Origin: Dicyema japonicum
Lineage: Eukaryota; Animalia; Dicyemida
DNA: 64,000 nt
Assembly: GCA_011109175.1 (NCBI GenBank)
Contig: RDEW01000012.1
Span: 454,762-518,761 of the forward strand
Direction: 5' to 3'
Under the pieces are notes generated by a model, which made no database searches, was not told the origin of the DNA, and saw only the letters and a list, made by a program, of their open reading frames with translations. Position numbers and translations under genes: made by a program. This document shows, one piece after another, positions 62,891 through 64,000 of the stretch; the stretch's first letter is position 1, and each line of letters opens with the position of its first letter.

Positions 62891-63213
62891 TATAATAATA
62901 ATATTCGCACTTTCCGATGGAGCCATATCAGTTATTACTCCCTCCAGGCGGAACACACACTTTATTTTAAGCAAAGAACAGTTATAGCTAATCGAAGGAG
63001 GGTCAGTGAATGCTCTTCAATTTTTGTTTTCTTTTTCTTGGGTGTATGTTCTTTATAGACAATGCGGTTCCGCAGTGAAGTTCGCTGATGACGGCGTCAC
63101 TGGTCAAGCCAAAGCATATTGATGCGTGGAACCTTCAACTGAAATGTTCAGTATCGGGATTCGAACAAGCGACCTTCAGGCCTCTTGCCCGGCAACCGTC
63201 ACACTGCGCCAGA
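62891..63213 (-). mobile_element. SINE family A, second head type, full length
   Basis: Head TGGCGCAGTG..GGCAAGAGGCCTGA..TTGTTCGAATCC, shared core, diverged tail and (ATT)n. Confidence 0.8.
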
Positions 63214-64000
63214 ACAAATAAACCAGACCAGTATATTCTATGTTGTCGTGTGAACAAAAAATACTGGATTTAAAAACCGGGCATCTTTTCGTGATGTTGT
63301 AATATAGTTGCCAAATCCAAATCTGTCATTCCATTTGTCTTTCTTTCTCGGTGGGCCTGGAGTTAATAAATAATGATAACTTCAAATCTGTTCACCATTT
63401 TAGGATTTGCACCAGGGTAATACAAGACTGCTCACCCATCAATATATTCGACTCATCCGTCATCTCTTTTGCTAAGGAAGTCAATCTTCCATGAAATCTT
63501 CAGGTTTTTTGACTTGATTGTGATCTTTTGAAATAGTCATCTGGTTGGTCTCCTACATATTTGATACTCATTTTTGACATACAAAGCAATTTTTCAAGAA
63601 AAGGTATATTTGTCCACTCCTTACCAACCTCCACGAATAGCGAAACTTTATACTCTTAAAGGGAATCTCAGCAAAACCATCAATTCTTCGCGTCTCAGGT
63701 AATTGGGTGGCATGTAGACTTAGTGGGAAGTGTCATTGACACGGGGATCCTCTCTTGAGCCCCCATAAGCACGTAATGGGCGAGAGAAATGTCAAATAGA
63801 GTGGCCGTTTATCTATATTAGTGACTCCAGAGATGTTGGTGCTGGGCATTTCTTTCCAAAAATCTACCTTTTATCTTCATAGAATGTGTTCAATGAGCCT
63901 CAAGAAGCCTATGAATAGAAGATGCATGGTTATACGTATTGCTTGTATATACAATCGAAGACCGGATTACCGTTATGTGGTTCACCGTATAGATTTGTAT

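Overview
AT-rich eukaryotic nuclear DNA with animal-like gene content, read in the standard genetic code. Its defining trait is ultra-short spliceosomal introns: about 25 were inferred by hand, nearly all 18-29 nt and most often 23 nt. This suggests a miniaturised animal genome such as a dicyemid, orthonectid or myxozoan, but the taxon is inference only. Recognisable genes are the 3' part of a MAP4K4/TNIK/misshapen kinase with CNH domain, NDUFB6, mitochondrial ATP synthase beta, folylpolyglutamate synthase, a TopBP1-like BRCT7/8 segment and two paralogous 213-codon RING-HC genes. There is also a histone H4 relic and several orphan ORFs. By eye, more than half the window is transposon debris: LINEs (RTE, Jockey/I-like, CRE, other RLE-type, CR1/L2), hAT, a FLYWCH/MULE element and pogo-like relics. 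Two short retroposon families are present: tRNA-headed family A (9 copies) and structured family B (6 copies), whose 3' end matches a co-resident LINE. Several conserved genes carry single-base deficits in homopolymers, most likely assembly errors. No rRNA, genuine tRNA gene or CRISPR array was found. All splice models and family assignments were made by eye, without database searches.
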